Below, in pieces: positions 61,865 to 64,000 of a stretch of DNA of 64,000 nucleotides. The stretch covers positions 59,051-123,050 of the forward strand of contig CAVQDO010000011.1 in assembly GCA_963711255.1 (NCBI GenBank), in the 5' to 3' direction. The first letter of the stretch is position 1. Every line of letters starts with the position of its first letter. Under the pieces are notes generated by a model. It ran no database searches. It was not told the DNA's origin and worked only from the letters and a program-made list of their open reading frames with translations. The translations under genes were made by a program, and so were the position numbers. The DNA is from an uncultured Gammaproteobacteria bacterium. GTDB taxonomy: Bacteria; Pseudomonadota; Gammaproteobacteria; SZUA-229.

Positions 61865-61889
61865 CCAGGCAACTTGTACAGATTCTGCC

Positions 61890-64000
61890 TTAGCGTTCGA
61901 TGGTATATAAAATATCCGCTCCCTGGTAGGCGCCGCTTTCAACTTTTAGCTGCCATTTTTTCGCAATCTTGTAACGCAGCGTCAGAGTGTCCACTCTTTC
62001 TATTAAGCCAACACCGTAACTGACATAAATTCTGGGCGACAGGTAGCGGCCAACGACCAGCGAAGCCTGGTCACCTTTGTTGCTGCTTTCAACGCGCATA
62101 TCATCAAGACCGAAGCGGTCACCGAGTGAACGTGCAATGCTGTCACCACCGCTTAGCCCGAGTGCAAGCGCTGCTTTTGCCATCATCTCGCCATCTTCAT
62201 TTGATGCGTTTTCTATTGGTCCGCCCAGCAACAGGTAAGCCAGCGCATCAGTCTGACCCATGGTCGGGGATGAGAAGATTTCCAGCTGTGGCTGGTTAAG
62301 CGTGCCTTTGACAAGTATCCCGGCAGTGACATCGTCGACTTTACGTACCGCACGTATATTCAGCCCGGGGTTAGTTAACGGTCCGCCGGTGTAGAGTATG
62401 CGTCCATTTTCAACTTCAAGCCGCTGCCCATAGGCCCGGTAGTTACCTTCCGGGATAGTGATTTCGCCGGTGGCCCTGGTCAGTTGTCCGGGTTCATCTT
62501 CCAGCAGCAGGCTGCCGCCAAGCCTGCCTTCAAAACCGAAACCATAAAAGTGTACCCGCTCACCCAGTGTCAGACGCACTGACGTATTGATCAGCCATTT
62601 TTCTTCAACCTGCTGTTTGCCGCCAATAATAATGGTATCACTGGAAACGTGTTCCGCCCGGGTAATATCTTTTGGCTGGAGTTTGGCGTAAGGGATGTGA
62701 ACTTTGCCTTTGATATCTATCTTACGATGTTCAAGTTTGAGCTGTAAGTCGGGCGACACGGTTAAACGTGCTTCTGGAATACGTGAAGCTTCAAAATCTT
62801 TGCCACTGATGTTGATTTCTGTTGGCCAGCCAGCGCTGCGATCAAGCCGGGTTTGTCCCGAAACAACAAGTTTGCCATCACCCGATTGGGCATTGAGCAG
62901 GAAGTTGAATGTTTTTGAAGCATTACTCTGGCTGTTAAAGGTTACCTGCTCAATATTAAGTCCCAGTCCGGGAATTTTCATGCTGCCATTTACCAGGCTG
63001 GCATTGCCGCTGAGTACTGGCTGGTTGACGGTGCCGGCAGCCGCTATCCTGAATTTAAGCTCACCCTGCAGATTACTTATTTCCGGTACCAGGGCTTCAA
63101 TTATTCTCAGGTCACGTGCATTTAACTCGGCACTGGCTTTCATCGGCTGTTCTGTATCAATACCAGCCAGTGGTTTCAGTCCGGGCAGGCTAAGCTGACC
63201 AGTCAGGTGGTCGCCATTATTCATGGTAAACACAGAGGTAGCGCTCAGGCCTTTCTCATCCAGGTTCAGTTGCATTTTACCGGCGTTATATTCTCGCCGG
63301 TCTTTTTCTCCACTCAACATGGGATAACTTAGGGAGCCGGGCGGCAGTGTGATATCAACTTTTGCCAGCAGTGTGTCCAGTGACTGAATTTTAATCTCGG
63401 CATTTCCATTGGCCACACTTTCAAGTTTTAAATCCGGCGGCATCCAGCGCTCAAACAGTTTTAGCGGAAAGTTATTTACATTAACGCTGGAAAGCCAGTT
63501 TGTGTTTTCCCGTTTCAATGAAACACAGGCGCTGGCCTGCTGGCTGCTGTGCATGCATAGATTATTCAGCAGCAGTGAAGTTTCATCAATGGATAATGCC
63601 ACGGATGAATCGAGCTGCCAGTTATCGTAATACTCGCTCTGGATGTCGACTTTTTCGATACGGCCGCGCCAGCCTTTGTAATCAGCCTTGCCATCGTCGT
63701 GCCTGCGGAGTTCGACATTTGCTGTGGCTTTACCGGAAACTGCCTGCATGGTTAGTGCCTGTTTGTCGGTATTGATTTTTACTGATAAGAGTTTGCTGTC
63801 ATTTATCTTCAGTCCCTGCGCCGCAAGCTGAATATCAATTTGTTTCCAGTGTAAAAGATCAACAGCCATGTCACCTTCGATACTGCTCATCGCATAGCTC
63901 TGGTAGCTTAGCGATTTACCATTCATTGAGGCTTTAATAAGCGGGGTTTTAAACGGCCCTTTAAGCTGCCCATTCGCCTGCAACTGTCCTTTAGCCAGGG
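61890..64000 (-). CDS. tamB: Translocation and assembly module TamB, 3' part
   Basis: YRAYGQRL, GPLTNPGLNIRA, DALAYLLLG, VGRYLSPRIYVSYG, C-terminal DILYTIER. Confidence 0.92.
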   Translation of the reverse strand, partial: LAKGQLQANGQLKGPFKTPLIKASMNGKSLSYQSYAMSSIEGDMAVDLLHWKQIDIQLAAQGLKINDSKLLSVKINTDKQALTMQAVSGKATANVELRRHDDGKADYKGWRGRIEKVDIQSEYYDNWQLDSSVALSIDETSLLLNNLCMHSSQQASACVSLKRENTNWLSSVNVNNFPLKLFERWMPPDLKLESVANGNAEIKIQSLDTLLAKVDITLPPGSLSYPMLSGEKDRREYNAGKMQLNLDEKGLSATSVFTMNNGDHLTGQLSLPGLKPLAGIDTEQPMKASAELNARDLRIIEALVPEISNLQGELKFRIAAAGTVNQPVLSGNASLVNGSMKIPGLGLNIEQVTFNSQSNASKTFNFLLNAQSGDGKLVVSGQTRLDRSAGWPTEINISGKDFEASRIPEARLTVSPDLQLKLEHRKIDIKGKVHIPYAKLQPKDITRAEHVSSDTIIIGGKQQVEEKWLINTSVRLTLGERVHFYGFGFEGRLGGSLLLEDEPGQLTRATGEITIPEGNYRAYGQRLEVENGRILYTGGPLTNPGLNIRAVRKVDDVTAGILVKGTLNQPQLEIFSSPTMGQTDALAYLLLGGPIENASNEDGEMMAKAALALGLSGGDSIARSLGDRFGLDDMRVESSNKGDQASLVVGRYLSPRIYVSYGVGLIERVDTLTLRYKIAKKWQLKVESGAYQGADILYTIER

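Overview
A chromosomal window from a gammaproteobacterium, probably a sulfur oxidiser (dsrS and a SoxW-like tandem thioredoxin are present). Housekeeping blocks are dapC-dapD-yffB, tRNA-Leu(CAA)-yciI-yciB, yciO-M50 protease-trpS-scpA-scpB-rluB, yciK-mnmC and tamB. They alternate with accessory genes: three GGDEF-EAL proteins, a hybrid histidine kinase, three VPLPA-CTERM proteins, a GlyGly-CTERM adhesin-like protein, alkylation repair genes and an mtnA-aldolase pair. About ten single-base frameshifts in otherwise intact genes look like sequencing or assembly errors. The most notable observations are: (1) a 136-aa protein that keeps the Cys and His-X3-His...Glu pattern of the catalytic half of sulfur oxygenase reductase; (2) three unrelated secreted-protein genes next to tRNA-Leu, each bounded by GGGGTC/GACCCC-type repeats like a cassette array; (3) 171/172-bp structured tandem repeats carrying the tRNA-Leu 3' end; (4) nested intergenic repeats with GGA-loop hairpins that follow transcription direction; (5) dsrS in an operon with a Sel1 protein, a MoxR ATPase and a peptidase-VWA protein. 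All family calls come from motif recognition, not database searches.
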